Source of the DNA: a virus
Virus record (IMG/VR): IMGVR_UViG_3300047333_000105
Coordinates: 1 to 46,501 of that record
Direction: 5' to 3' (one strand)
DNA length: 46,501 nt
Shown: positions 5,046-15,474 of the stretch, in pieces
Layout of the letters: each line of letters starts with the position of its first letter
How positions within the stretch are numbered: position 1 is the stretch's first letter
The notes under the pieces: model-generated
What the model was told of the DNA's origin: nothing
The model's database searches: none
What the model saw: only the letters and a program-made list of their open reading frames with translations
Made by a program: the position numbers and the translations under genes

Positions 5046-6387
5046 ACAAAAAGCTAATCTGAAATATCACTGGCCCTTCTGGGCCCGCCCTAATCAACTA
5101 CAACCTGCAGGAGACTGGAATACTTGGCTCATCCTTGCAGGTCGTGGCTTCGGAAAGACAAGAACAGGTGCAGAAACAATCAGAGACTGGGTCTGTGGAA
5201 CCACACCCCTCTCAAAAGGAAAATGCGTTAGAATCGCCCTCATTGGTGAGACTGCCAGCGACTCCAGAGACGTCATGGTCGAGGGTGAGTCGGGACTTCT
5301 GGCTATTCATCCCAAAGACTTCAGGCCTTTGTACGAACCTTCCAAGCGAAGAGTAACCTGGCCTAATGGTGCCATCGCTACTCTCTATAACGCCACCGAA
5401 CCGGATCAACTCCGTGGACCTCAACATGACGGTGCATGGTGTGACGAACTTGCTAAGTGGCAATACACCCAAGAGACTTGGGATCAGTTGCAGTTCGGAC
5501 TCCGTCTGGGCTCTCATCCCCGCTCTGTAGTGACTACCACACCTCTGCCGAAGCCCCTCATCAAGAAGCTCGTCGCAGACCCTAAGGTTATCACTACGAG
5601 GGGGTCGACTCTCCATAACTCTTCTAACATGCCCCAGTCATTCCTTGACGAAATCATGGACAAGTACGGCGGCACAAGGTTGGGTAGGCAGGAGATCGAA
5701 GGTGAAATCCTCGAAGACATTCCTGGAGCCCTCTGGACAAGGGAGTCTATCGACAACCACCGTCTTCCTGAAGCTCCTGATCTTGAACGTATCCTTGTAG
5801 CTGTCGACCCTGCCACTTCAAGTCACGAAGGGTCTGACGAACACGGCATTGTCGTAGTCGGGTATGCCCGTACAGAAGAGGGTTATGGTCACGCCTATAT
5901 CCTCGAAGACGGCTCGCTCCGCGGTACTCCAGAAGAGTGGGCTCGACGTGCCGTCCATCTATATCGTAAATATTCTGCAGATCGTATCGTAGCGGAGAAG
6001 AATCAAGGTGGAGAAATGGTCTCGTCAGTCATTCGATCCGTCGACAGGGCAGTACCTGTTACCCTTGTCCATGCCAGTAGAGGCAAGTACATCCGTGCAG
6101 AACCTGTCTCGGCTTTGTACGAACAAGGTCGGGTACACCATGTCGGCAGATTTGATAAACTCGAAGACCAAATGTGTACCTTCTCAGTGGACAATATTAG
6201 GGCTAATGGCTACGGGTCGCCTGACCGCGTTGATGCTCTCGTCTGGGGCCTTTCTGAACTATTTACCAAGATTACAAGCCGCAGAATAAAGGATGAGACG
6301 TCGTCCTCGCTCCCAGAGATTCAACGGTCTGAGAGGGCGGTTGCCTTCAAACAAACTTCTGAATCCCCTCAAGCCTGGATGGCCTAA
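4963..6387 (+). CDS. terL: Terminase large subunit
   Basis: Walker A LILAGRGFGKTRTGAE. The conserved lead-in HWPFWARPNQ, plus the size and position, all fit. The track ORF starts at 4828 inside terS; ATG 4963 (MQMRSLAQLL...) is the first plausible start. Confidence 0.9.
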   Translation: MQMRSLAQLLASLPETERLKYLNELSIEQKANLKYHWPFWARPNQLQPAGDWNTWLILAGRGFGKTRTGAETIRDWVCGTTPLSKGKCVRIALIGETASDSRDVMVEGESGLLAIHPKDFRPLYEPSKRRVTWPNGAIATLYNATEPDQLRGPQHDGAWCDELAKWQYTQETWDQLQFGLRLGSHPRSVVTTTPLPKPLIKKLVADPKVITTRGSTLHNSSNMPQSFLDEIMDKYGGTRLGRQEIEGEILEDIPGALWTRESIDNHRLPEAPDLERILVAVDPATSSHEGSDEHGIVVVGYARTEEGYGHAYILEDGSLRGTPEEWARRAVHLYRKYSADRIVAEKNQGGEMVSSVIRSVDRAVPVTLVHASRGKYIRAEPVSALYEQGRVHHVGRFDKLEDQMCTFSVDNIRANGYGSPDRVDALVWGLSELFTKITSRRIKDETSSSLPEIQRSERAVAFKQTSESPQAWMA

Positions 6388-6390
6388 GAT

Positions 6391-8691
6391 ATGTCTTTTG
6401 AATATGACGAAACTGGTTATGAGGATGATACCGATTATCCTCGTAAACCACAGAAGCAAGCAGACGGCAAAGACGCACAGCAGAACTCTAAAAAACTGGG
6501 TGCTGTCCGTCAAGTAGATACTCAGGCAACTGACGACTACACAGATACCGTCGACCCCTCTTACGTACCAGAAGGTTTCAAGAGTGTCAACTCTTTCCTG
6601 TCTGACATGCGTGAAGAGTATCAGTTCGACTGGGACTTCGACTATGAAAACCGTGAAGACGCCATCGAAGACAAGAAGTTTGCAGCCGGAGAGCAATGGG
6701 ACCCTGCGGTACTACAGCTCCGTACCGGGCTTCCATGCCTTACTATCAACTCCATCCCTCAATTTACCGCTCAGGTTGTGGGAGATTGGCGACAGAATAG
6801 AAATGCCGTAGAAGTCGTACCAAACGACGACGGTACAGAAGACATCGCCGAGATTCGTGGAGACCTGATCCGTTCGATTGAGATGCATTCTCGTGCCTCT
6901 CGTGTCTATGACTCCGCCTTCGAGTCTACCATTCAATGTGGTGACGGGGCTTTTCGTATCGCTGTTGAATATGCAAAAGATTCTGTATTCGATCAAGACA
7001 TTTTTATTCGACCTATCGAAGACGCCCAGTCTGTCGTATGGGATAGAATGTCTATTGACCCCACTGGTCGTGATGCCCGGCATGTTTTCGTAGAAGACAG
7101 ACTGCCGAGGAAAGAGTTCGAAAGGAAGTGGCCGGGTCAAGACCCTTGGCATCTTAACGAACGCTTCTCTGCTCTCCTCCGTGCAGGACGTTGGTACGAC
7201 GACCAATCTGTAAAGATTGTCGAATATTGGCGGATGATTGAACGGAACCGATTGCTCGGTCTATTCGAAGACGGCTCTGTACACATCATGGAAGGAGATG
7301 ATCTCGAAGAGATTCTCCAGGCCCATGGCAGCCCTATCAAGACAAGGATCAGTCCTTGCCTGTACGCCCAGATGCATCTTTGCACTGGCAACTCCATCCT
7401 CTCAGGACCATACGAGTATAAGCTCAATCGTGTCCCTATCATCCGTATCTCAGGACGTGTAGTGTCGATCACTCACCGTCGTGTACGATATGGTATGGTT
7501 CGGTTCATGAAAGACCCTGCCCGTATGAGGAACTTCTGGCGGTCGATTGCTACTGAACAGCTCGGGTATGCCCCTAAGGCTCAGTGGATTGCTACAGAAA
7601 GTTCAGTGACGGGTCGTGAAGATCAGATGCGGAAGGCTCACCTCACTCGTGATCCTCTCCTGATTGTTAACGACGAAGCCGTCATCGATCAGACGATCAA
7701 AAGGATCGAACCTCCTACTCCTCAGATGGCCCTGCTCAACGAAAGTCAGCTCCTCGTACAGGATATGAAGGATGTCTCTGGTATGCAGGACGCCTCCCTT
7801 GGTGTTCCTAGCAACGAAACCAGTGGTCGTGCCATCATCGCCCGTCAAAGGGAAGGCGACGTAGGTCAACTGACGTTCCATGACAACGGCAACGCCGCCA
7901 TCCTCGAAGGTGGTGACGTCATCAACCAATTGATTGGACAAATCTATGACGGCACACGAACTGTACGACTCGTCGGTAAAGACGAATCTCTCAGGCTTGT
8001 CAAAATCAACGATCCGATGGACCCCAACTCCCCGAACCTTGCCGTCGGAAGCTACGACACAGCTCTCCAAACTGGCCCGAGTTATACTACTCGTAGGGTA
8101 GAAGCTGCTCAGGCAATGATGGAAGCTGTCCAGGTATGGCCTCAGTTGATCCAAGTCGCCGGTGACGTAATTGCCAAGGCACAAGATTGGCCGGGTGCAG
8201 ACGTCCTCGCAGATCGTTTGATGAAGACTATTCCTCCTCAGTACCTGTCTCCAGAAGAGCAACAAAAGTTGAAGGATGAAGGCGGCGGTCAACCTCAGGG
8301 TCCGACACCGGAACAAATCCAGGAAATTCAACAGCAGATGCAGAAGCTCCAGCAGGAGAATCAGCAACTGACTCAGAGGAACCAAGTCCTTGAAGTGAAG
8401 TACGACGTCCACCAGAAGCAGATCATGATCGACGCCTATAGGGCAGAGACTGAAAGGCAGAAAGTCGATGCCGAGACACATCACAAACAAGAACAACTCG
8501 AAATGAATGGCTTGACTACTGTAGCACAACTCCATCAAGGAGATGCCCAACAGAAGACAAAGCAAGACCATGAGTTGGACTTGCAGGACTTGACACAGTA
8601 TTATCAAGAGAAGCAACTCGTAAAGAAAGCAATGCTTGATAGGGCGGCAGATAAAACTCCCGCTACGAATACCGTCCAACAGGGCGAGTAA
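6391..8691 (+). CDS. Portal protein (766 aa, Gln-rich coiled-coil C-terminus)
   Basis: Large ORF 4 nt after terL and before a scaffold-like gene. The size and C-terminal helical, Q-rich tail resemble P22-type portals. No motif-level proof. Confidence 0.8.
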   Translation: MSFEYDETGYEDDTDYPRKPQKQADGKDAQQNSKKLGAVRQVDTQATDDYTDTVDPSYVPEGFKSVNSFLSDMREEYQFDWDFDYENREDAIEDKKFAAGEQWDPAVLQLRTGLPCLTINSIPQFTAQVVGDWRQNRNAVEVVPNDDGTEDIAEIRGDLIRSIEMHSRASRVYDSAFESTIQCGDGAFRIAVEYAKDSVFDQDIFIRPIEDAQSVVWDRMSIDPTGRDARHVFVEDRLPRKEFERKWPGQDPWHLNERFSALLRAGRWYDDQSVKIVEYWRMIERNRLLGLFEDGSVHIMEGDDLEEILQAHGSPIKTRISPCLYAQMHLCTGNSILSGPYEYKLNRVPIIRISGRVVSITHRRVRYGMVRFMKDPARMRNFWRSIATEQLGYAPKAQWIATESSVTGREDQMRKAHLTRDPLLIVNDEAVIDQTIKRIEPPTPQMALLNESQLLVQDMKDVSGMQDASLGVPSNETSGRAIIARQREGDVGQLTFHDNGNAAILEGGDVINQLIGQIYDGTRTVRLVGKDESLRLVKINDPMDPNSPNLAVGSYDTALQTGPSYTTRRVEAAQAMMEAVQVWPQLIQVAGDVIAKAQDWPGADVLADRLMKTIPPQYLSPEEQQKLKDEGGGQPQGPTPEQIQEIQQQMQKLQQENQQLTQRNQVLEVKYDVHQKQIMIDAYRAETERQKVDAETHHKQEQLEMNGLTTVAQLHQGDAQQKTKQDHELDLQDLTQYYQEKQLVKKAMLDRAADKTPATNTVQQGE

Positions 8692-8840
8692 TAAATAGGT
8701 GCCTTTGGTGATATGGACAAAGGTTAAATGATTACTCCTGAATAACAGCCTATCTTACAGTTATCTCGTACCTAAGGGGACCCGCCACCCCCTTAGATCG
8801 TACGCAAACAGTGGCTATCGGTTAAGGAACCGCAATCAGT

Positions 8841-9839
8841 ATGACTGACAATACCTTCGTCGCTCCAGACACAGATGACCTCGATGCATTCTCCTCTCTT
8901 ATGTTTGGCTCGGCCAAGCCTGCAGAAGCTGCAGAAGAACTTGCTCTAGATCATGACGACCAGGACGATGTCCCTGAAGATACACATGAAGATACCGCTG
9001 ACGCCGTCGATGATGCCGACGCCCAAGACCCAGACCTCGAAGATCAGGAACCTTCATCCCCGGCCCCACAGCCGAAGAAGAAGACTGCTCAAGAGCGCAT
9101 CAATGAACTGACTGCAAAGCAGCGTGAAGCTGAACGTCAGGTCGAAGCAGAACGTGCCGCTAAGGCGCTTCTTGAAACTCGACTTGCCGAACTCGAAGCA
9201 CGTCTGCCTAAGACTGAAACTCCCAAGCCAGAAAACAACGAAGGTCCTTCTCCCGTTGCCGTGAATGAAGACGGCTCACTGAAGTATCCTCTCGGTGAAT
9301 TCGATCCCACCTATATCGCCGACTTGACTGTATTTACAATCGACAAGGTCACCAAGGAACGGGAAGCAGAAGCCTCTAAGGCCGCTGCACAGAAGGCTGC
9401 TCAGGATCATCTCGCCCAACTCAATCAAGGTTGGCAAGATAAGATCGCTGAGACGGAGAAAACAATCCCTGATTTCCGTGCCAAAGGTCAAGAACTTGTT
9501 GGTACGTTCTCGAACATTGCTCCCGACTACGGAGAGTTTTTGGCTCAGACAATCATGGGTTTGGATGCCGGTCCAGAAGTTCTGTATCACCTTGCTAATC
9601 ATCTCGATGAAGCACAGGCGATTGTCAGCAAAGGTCCTCTCGGTGCTGCTATTGCTCTTGGTCGGCTTGAGGCCCGATTTGCCAAGGGTGAAGAACAACC
9701 TAAACCCCGCGTGTCTGCGGCCCCTAAACCTGCTCCTAGTACCGCTCGCGGTGTAGCAGTTGGCGGTGAGGTCAAAGGCGATACTGATGATCTAGATGCT
9801 TTCAGTGCTGCATTCTTCGCCACTAGAAAGCGAAAATAG
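8841..9839 (+). CDS. Scaffolding protein (putative)
   Basis: Acidic N-terminus and an Ala/Glu/Lys-rich coiled-coil (ERQVEAERAAKALLETRLAELEARL). Located between the portal and the capsid gene. Confidence 0.65.
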   Translation: MTDNTFVAPDTDDLDAFSSLMFGSAKPAEAAEELALDHDDQDDVPEDTHEDTADAVDDADAQDPDLEDQEPSSPAPQPKKKTAQERINELTAKQREAERQVEAERAAKALLETRLAELEARLPKTETPKPENNEGPSPVAVNEDGSLKYPLGEFDPTYIADLTVFTIDKVTKEREAEASKAAAQKAAQDHLAQLNQGWQDKIAETEKTIPDFRAKGQELVGTFSNIAPDYGEFLAQTIMGLDAGPEVLYHLANHLDEAQAIVSKGPLGAAIALGRLEARFAKGEEQPKPRVSAAPKPAPSTARGVAVGGEVKGDTDDLDAFSAAFFATRKRK

Positions 9840-9872
9840 TACATACTGTACGAAAAATAAGGACCTTAACTA

Positions 9873-11177
9873 ATGACTGTTTCTGTAACTGTCGACCAGG
9901 CAAAGCTGGTATTGAATGCCTTTGCAGCTACTTTTCAGAATAACCTCATCTCTGCCGATGCCGTCACCTGGAAACAGTTTGACGGAGAAATGGATGACCG
10001 TAACAAGTTGACTGTCACTGAACAGGTCGGCCCTCGGTATGTCGTGACTCAGACTGTCAATGGCGTCCAGGACTTGACTGGTGGCGTACAGGCGACTGCG
10101 TTTGGTTCGGAGCAGTTTACTGTCAACCGTACCTTTGGTTCCAGCATGGGCTGGGGTGACTTCCAGAAAATCCAGAGCATCGGTGCAGCTCGTGAGAGTG
10201 AAGCTCTCAAGAATGCCGCCACTAACTTGGCGGAACAGATCGACGCCTACATCATGAAGACTGCAGTCCTTGCAAGTAACCAATGGCTCGGCAACCCTGC
10301 CAACGGTATCAACACTTGGGATGACTGGGCACAGGCTTATACACGTCTGAAAGAAGTTGGCGCAGGTGATGAAGACCTTCGTGCCATCCTCTCGTACAAA
10401 GACCGTGAAACCCTCGGTTCGTACATCCTGACTTTGAAGTCGGACGACCTCGTTGACGGCGCTTTCCGTAAGGGATTTTCTGGCGAACTCGACGGCACCC
10501 CCGTCATGTTCACTCAGCAGCTCCCTATCCTGACGACCGGTACTCGCTCTGCGACTGCTGGTACGGTCACCGCTGGTGCCCAGAACGTAAACTACCAAGA
10601 CGTCTCCGTCTCTCCTGGTCCTGGTCTCTATATGACCCAGTCGTTCCAGGTCACTGTCGCCGCTGGTGCCACGATTGCTGCAGGTGAAACCTTCAACATC
10701 GCTGGTGTCTATGGCTGGGACAACCGCGCCCAGGCCCCTAACGACTGGCTGCAGGAATTCACGGTAATCAATGCCGCGACTGCAAACGGTTCGGGCGTTG
10801 CCACGCTGACGATCTTCCCTGCCATTATCGTTCCTGGTACGGCAGATGAAAGTGGTACTACGACTGTAAATACTGCCAATGGTACTGTCTCGGTTATCCC
10901 TGCTGCTGCCGCTGCCGTAACCTTCCAGGGTGCTCCTAGCACTAACTACCGTGCTCGTGCCTATCTGCAGAAGTCGGCTGTCGTAGTCAACACCGTCCCG
11001 CTGACGATGCCTGCGGTTGGTAAGGCGCTGATGAAGTCGCTGACGAAGGTTCCGATTTCTGTCCGTATGTGGCAGTGGTCGAACTTCCAGACCGGTGAAC
11101 ATGACGTTCGTTTCGATGTCGCCTTGACGGCTAACATTCGTGACCGTCGTCGGATCATCCGCGTCAACGGCAACTAA
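9873..11177 (+). CDS. Major capsid protein (putative, 434 aa)
   Basis: Position after the scaffold, a size typical of P22/HK97-fold coat proteins, and a strong terminator immediately downstream, as expected for the most abundant late mRNA. Confidence 0.75.
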   Translation: MTVSVTVDQAKLVLNAFAATFQNNLISADAVTWKQFDGEMDDRNKLTVTEQVGPRYVVTQTVNGVQDLTGGVQATAFGSEQFTVNRTFGSSMGWGDFQKIQSIGAARESEALKNAATNLAEQIDAYIMKTAVLASNQWLGNPANGINTWDDWAQAYTRLKEVGAGDEDLRAILSYKDRETLGSYILTLKSDDLVDGAFRKGFSGELDGTPVMFTQQLPILTTGTRSATAGTVTAGAQNVNYQDVSVSPGPGLYMTQSFQVTVAAGATIAAGETFNIAGVYGWDNRAQAPNDWLQEFTVINAATANGSGVATLTIFPAIIVPGTADESGTTTVNTANGTVSVIPAAAAAVTFQGAPSTNYRARAYLQKSAVVVNTVPLTMPAVGKALMKSLTKVPISVRMWQWSNFQTGEHDVRFDVALTANIRDRRRIIRVNGN

Positions 11178-11185
11178 TAATACTT

Positions 11186-11226
11186 GGCCCAGTCCTCTGT
11201 TTTGTACATGGCTGGGCCTCTTTTCA
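11186..11226 (+). terminator. Intrinsic terminator or attenuator after the capsid gene
   Basis: GGCCCAG (11186-11192) pairs with CTGGGCC (11212-11218), followed by TCTTTTC. Confidence 0.65.
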
Positions 11227-11242
11227 TTAATAAGGAATCACG

Positions 11243-11521
11243 ATGGGTCACGTAACTCTCCGGTATACTCCGGTCCCGGTAGGTGTAAATGTCACCGTAT
11301 CTTCCAAGACTGCCAACTCTATCGGAGGTTTTCTTGCCTTGACTGCTGGTACGATTACTCTCTCGAATAACAACGTCGTACAGTCAGTGTCAGAACCTCT
11401 CATTATCTTTTCGGCATTTCCTGTAGTTGCAGGGACGTGGTATACTATTCCATTCGTCACACAAGGTGGATATACTCTTACGGCTGCTGGTGGCGCTTCT
11501 GGTGTTCTTGCAGTAGGCTAA
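11243..11521 (+). CDS. Small beta-rich virion protein (92 aa; possible head decoration or adaptor)
   Basis: AAGGA 8 nt upstream of the ATG. Sits in the structural block. No family recognised. Confidence 0.65.
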   Translation: MGHVTLRYTPVPVGVNVTVSSKTANSIGGFLALTAGTITLSNNNVVQSVSEPLIIFSAFPVVAGTWYTIPFVTQGGYTLTAAGGASGVLAVG

Positions 11522-11555
11522 CTGCAGGGTAAACCCATTAACACTAAGGATTATC

Positions 11556-12320
11556 ATGGGCACTCCAGTTACAACAATCGTCAATGATGCCTACCGTGAA
11601 AGTAACCTTACGGGACTGGGTGGTACGCCTACGACTGCTGAGCAGGCCGAAGCCCTCGTACTTCTTAACAGGTTCATCGATTCCCTCTGGGGAGCGGAGA
11701 TGGGTGAGAACCTAATCAACATCCCCTTCGGTTTGAATAACGTCGAGACAGTAGGTATCATTCCTCTGTACTACAACGACATCATGAATACCTTCGTACC
11801 AATTAATACAAGACTTTTGTGCAACCTCACCGGAGCCGAGACGGTTAATATGCCTCCTCAGCCTAACGACGGTTCTCGTATGGCGTTTGTAGACGTCTCT
11901 GGTAACTTCCAGACATACCCTCTGACAGTCTTAGGTAACGGGCGGAACATCCAAGGCAACCCCTCGATTACTCTCTCGACTAACAACTACAACCAAGTCT
12001 TCTTCTATCGCGCCGACCTCGCCAACTGGGAACAGGTCAACGACCTCGGGTTGACGGACGTCTCTCCTTTCCCAGAAGAGTTCGACGAATTCCTTATCAT
12101 CGGATTAGCAGACCGCATCAACGTCCGTAACGGCGTCACGATGGCAGGAGAGTCCGTACAGAGATTTAAGAGATTGAAGGGCCAGTTCTATTCTCGCTAC
12201 GCCCAGATCACTCAGGTTCCTGTCGAGATCGGTCTACAACGTCTGCCTTCTAACAAGGCTTATAGAAACTTCGATGCCTACACGTGGGGCAGTTTTCAGA
12301 GAGGTATTCCCTGGTGGTAG
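11556..12320 (+). CDS. Virion protein, putative head-to-tail adaptor (254 aa)
   Basis: AAGGA SD. The position after the capsid genes matches the adaptor slot of P22-like and T7-like modules. Function assigned by position only. Confidence 0.5.
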   Translation: MGTPVTTIVNDAYRESNLTGLGGTPTTAEQAEALVLLNRFIDSLWGAEMGENLINIPFGLNNVETVGIIPLYYNDIMNTFVPINTRLLCNLTGAETVNMPPQPNDGSRMAFVDVSGNFQTYPLTVLGNGRNIQGNPSITLSTNNYNQVFFYRADLANWEQVNDLGLTDVSPFPEEFDEFLIIGLADRINVRNGVTMAGESVQRFKRLKGQFYSRYAQITQVPVEIGLQRLPSNKAYRNFDAYTWGSFQRGIPWW

Positions 12321-13585
12321 ACATTCCTTTTGTAACCGGTGACTATTATAGGTCTGTGGCAGATTCGCCAAGTGCCTATGTACGCAACAGGTTCATGGAA
12401 GAAAATCCTGCCCTCAACGACAACAAAACTTCGTTCATTGCTCGTCCTGGTCTTCAGAAATTTGTAGAGATTGGGACGGGGCCTATCCGAAGGGTATTCA
12501 CTTGTGAAGGTACGTTCAACTCTGACATGTTCGTAGTCTCTGGTCTATTCCTTTGGAGACTGAAGACTGACGGAACTTTCCATTCCATAGGACAGATCAG
12601 TCAAACCATTACCGATGCCGTATCTATGGCTGCCACTGCTCCTCTAGGCAGCACTCCTGATTTCTTGTACATCGCAGACGGGGGACTGTTGTGGTTCTAT
12701 ACCGACAACGCCCAAGCTACTGCTGATCTCAATGCCTCGGGTTTGATTGCCAACGGATATACAGTAAAGATCGATACCACTTACTATCAATGGACTAGCG
12801 GTTCCGTTGATGCAGGAAGTCCTGACGGTACGAGCGCTAACCCTTGGTTGGTTCAACTCGGTCTGACAAGTGCGGAAAGTCTTACAGAACTCTTTTATGC
12901 CATCAACGCCTCTGGAACTGCCGGTACGGATTACTCTACCGCCCTCCAGGCGAATCCAACTTGTACTGCATACAACTCAGATACAACTGATCTTTTCGTA
13001 CAGTATAACACCTTTGGTACGACTGGTGACGCCATCTCTACTACTGTGGTAACAGGAGCTAACATCTCTTGGCTTAATGGAGCCACTATGACCGGCGGTG
13101 GTACAGAAGAGCTTCGTCAAGTCCAAGTCCCTGACGATAACGGAAGCATCTCAGTCGCCTACATTAACGGCTATATCATCACTGTACCTGTACAGACTGC
13201 CAACATCATGGGAAGATTCTATTGGATCAACCCCGGCGAGAACACCATCGATCCTCTCGACTATGCCACTGCAGAACGCGCCCCTGATGGCATAACACAA
13301 TGCCTAGTCTTCGGCGATATGTTCTGGCTTATGGGTCAATCAACTACAGAGCCGTGGATTACCACCGGTGTATTCGCTACCCCGATGGAACGCTATCAAG
13401 GTATCTTGTACGACCGAGGTTGTTGGCCTGATACTGCTGTACAAGTCAAAGATTCTATCATCCTCGTAGATGAGGACGGAGCAGTCTTTCAGATCAAGTC
13501 CGGTCAGAACCGCATCTCAACTCCAGCCATCGAAGAACGAATCCGTTTGGCCCTACAACGTCAAGGTTTCGTACCTACACTTTAA
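12284..13585 (+). CDS. Virion protein, putative tail hub or tube (433 aa)
   Basis: The track start is GTG 12284. GTG 12314 has GAGAGG 9 nt upstream and would overlap the upstream stop by only 7 nt. Function assigned by position only. Confidence 0.5.
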   Translation: MGQFSERYSLVVDIPFVTGDYYRSVADSPSAYVRNRFMEENPALNDNKTSFIARPGLQKFVEIGTGPIRRVFTCEGTFNSDMFVVSGLFLWRLKTDGTFHSIGQISQTITDAVSMAATAPLGSTPDFLYIADGGLLWFYTDNAQATADLNASGLIANGYTVKIDTTYYQWTSGSVDAGSPDGTSANPWLVQLGLTSAESLTELFYAINASGTAGTDYSTALQANPTCTAYNSDTTDLFVQYNTFGTTGDAISTTVVTGANISWLNGATMTGGGTEELRQVQVPDDNGSISVAYINGYIITVPVQTANIMGRFYWINPGENTIDPLDYATAERAPDGITQCLVFGDMFWLMGQSTTEPWITTGVFATPMERYQGILYDRGCWPDTAVQVKDSIILVDEDGAVFQIKSGQNRISTPAIEERIRLALQRQGFVPTL

Positions 13586-13598
13586 CTAAGGACTGCTA

Positions 13599-14678
13599 AT
13601 GGCCATTCAATGGTGTGATAATTACGGATGGTGTGGCACAGGCTCTGAGAGTTTGACCTATCTCCTGTCAGGAACTCCTTATAGTTTTCTTCAAGGAGGT
13701 GCAGGCTTTCCTAACGGTGTCGTAGCTGATCCAGTTGTTGCAGGTCAATATTGTCTTCAAGTAGGGCAAACTCTTTCTAACTACGACAACAGCGACAACG
13801 CCGCCAACCTTCCTGTTCCTTCTAGTGCCATTGGAATGGCAAAGAGATGGTACATGACTGGAGGGTCGGTCAGGTCTTTGATGCAATGGTCAGATGGAGG
13901 AGGTAACGTCCTCTACCGTCTCGTATCAGAAGTCAACGGAGCCTTGTCGATCTATGGACCTGGAGCTCTTGGTTCGGGCGCTGCCCCTCTGGCAACGACT
14001 GTCATTCCTGTACTTACGTACGGAACTTGGTGGCATGTCGAAGCCATGGTCGATTACGTCCTTGGGAAAATCTCTGTCTTTGTAGAAGGGGTATCCGTCC
14101 TTACCTACTCATTTACGGCAGCTCCTAGCACCCTCATCTACGTCGTAGGTTGGTCTCCCCGATATGGGGAAGGTTCTCCCGGAGGGGTTATCCTACAGAA
14201 GGACTTCGTCATCTATGACAAGACAGGCACTGTCAATAACACTGCCGGTTCTATTGGTCCTTGCACTGTATATAGACTGGCTTTGGACAGTGATGTATCT
14301 AATGGTTGGACTATTGTTGGCGGTACAACTGTCAACGGAACCATCGGAGGCGAACCGCCTAACGACGCCAACTATATCGAAGCCGGTGTCGGACCTATTC
14401 CTGCTGGTGCTGTTTGTGGTATTGCTTCTCTACCGTCCAATGTCGTAGGCGTACGGGGAGTTATGACCCTGCAAAGAGTTCAGAAGTCTGACGGAGGCGA
14501 TGCCAACTATCAGGTCGATCTAATCTCAGGAAGCTCTACCCACACAGGTACAACCCATTCCGTCAGTACCTCCTTTAACTATCAGTACGACGTAGTCGAA
14601 CTCGATCCAGCAACCGGAGAAGTCTGGTCGCCCATAGCAGTAAACAACGTCGACGTCAAAATTAATAGGACAGTATAA
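13599..14678 (+). CDS. Tail-associated structural protein (359 aa)
   Basis: AAGGA SD and location in the structural block. No family recognised. Confidence 0.5.
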   Translation: MAIQWCDNYGWCGTGSESLTYLLSGTPYSFLQGGAGFPNGVVADPVVAGQYCLQVGQTLSNYDNSDNAANLPVPSSAIGMAKRWYMTGGSVRSLMQWSDGGGNVLYRLVSEVNGALSIYGPGALGSGAAPLATTVIPVLTYGTWWHVEAMVDYVLGKISVFVEGVSVLTYSFTAAPSTLIYVVGWSPRYGEGSPGGVILQKDFVIYDKTGTVNNTAGSIGPCTVYRLALDSDVSNGWTIVGGTTVNGTIGGEPPNDANYIEAGVGPIPAGAVCGIASLPSNVVGVRGVMTLQRVQKSDGGDANYQVDLISGSSTHTGTTHSVSTSFNYQYDVVELDPATGEVWSPIAVNNVDVKINRTV

Positions 14679-14682
14679 GGTC

Positions 14683-15474
14683 ATGGCAGCAGTAACGATT
14701 AGTGCCTCACAGGAACAAGTCCTTGCTGTTGCAGCCTTCCCTGCTGCAGAGGTTCGTTCTTCTCAAGTACAACTACAGGGAGTTATACAACCGACTAACT
14801 TGGTTAGAGCTTCTCAGATCAATATCTTTGCCATCGCTAGAGGATCAAACGCTGATCCTTCTGTACGAGCTTGGACATTCACACTTGATGGCCACAACTA
14901 CTACGTACTTCGTCTTGGAACTCAGGAGACCCTAGTCTATGACGATCATTCACAACAGTGGTATACCTGGTCAAGTGGCGACCTCAATATCTGGAATGCC
15001 TACAACGGACAGAACTGGCATGGCGGAGAGAGCTGGTCTTATACTTACGGCTCTAATGTCTTGGTTGGTGATGACGGCAACGGCAGTATTTACTTCCTCA
15101 ACCCTTTTCAAGACCAGGACGATTCTCCGGTCTACGGCGCTGCCCTACCTATTCCTTTCCGTAGAGAGGTTTACGGTCAACTCCCCTTCAGGGGTTATAA
15201 GAAAATGCCGTGTTACGGTGTACAAATCCAGGGAAGTATTGGTGAACAGGCGGATACGGCCATCGATGGTGTGGACCTGTACGTTTCAGACGACAGAGGT
15301 CAGACATACCAAGACTGCGGCACGATCAATATCTCCCCAGGAGACATCGATAGCAGACTGTACTGGCGATCACTCGGGAGTATGAAAGCCCCCGGTCGTA
15401 TCTTCAAGACTGTAGACTACGGCGCACTCAAACGTATCGATAGTATGGAGATGCTTGATGGCTCAGGTAAATAA
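14683..15474 (+). CDS. Tail-associated structural protein (263 aa)
   Basis: Intact ORF in the structural block, rich in aromatic/Gly beta-type sequence. No family recognised. Confidence 0.5.
   Translation: MAAVTISASQEQVLAVAAFPAAEVRSSQVQLQGVIQPTNLVRASQINIFAIARGSNADPSVRAWTFTLDGHNYYVLRLGTQETLVYDDHSQQWYTWSSGDLNIWNAYNGQNWHGGESWSYTYGSNVLVGDDGNGSIYFLNPFQDQDDSPVYGAALPIPFRREVYGQLPFRGYKKMPCYGVQIQGSIGEQADTAIDGVDLYVSDDRGQTYQDCGTINISPGDIDSRLYWRSLGSMKAPGRIFKTVDYGALKRIDSMEMLDGSGK

Noticed and set aside
9870-11102. 410-aa minus-strand ORF antisense to the capsid gene. Similar long antisense ORFs lie at 7603..8679, 1386..2027, 39804..40430, 41029..41832, 42072..42638, 43162..43743, 34432..35341 and 36152..36724.
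   Set aside because: Each lies entirely inside a better-supported gene on the other strand, has no Shine-Dalgarno sequence, and translates to Arg/Ser/Thr-rich low-complexity sequence typical of antisense frames.
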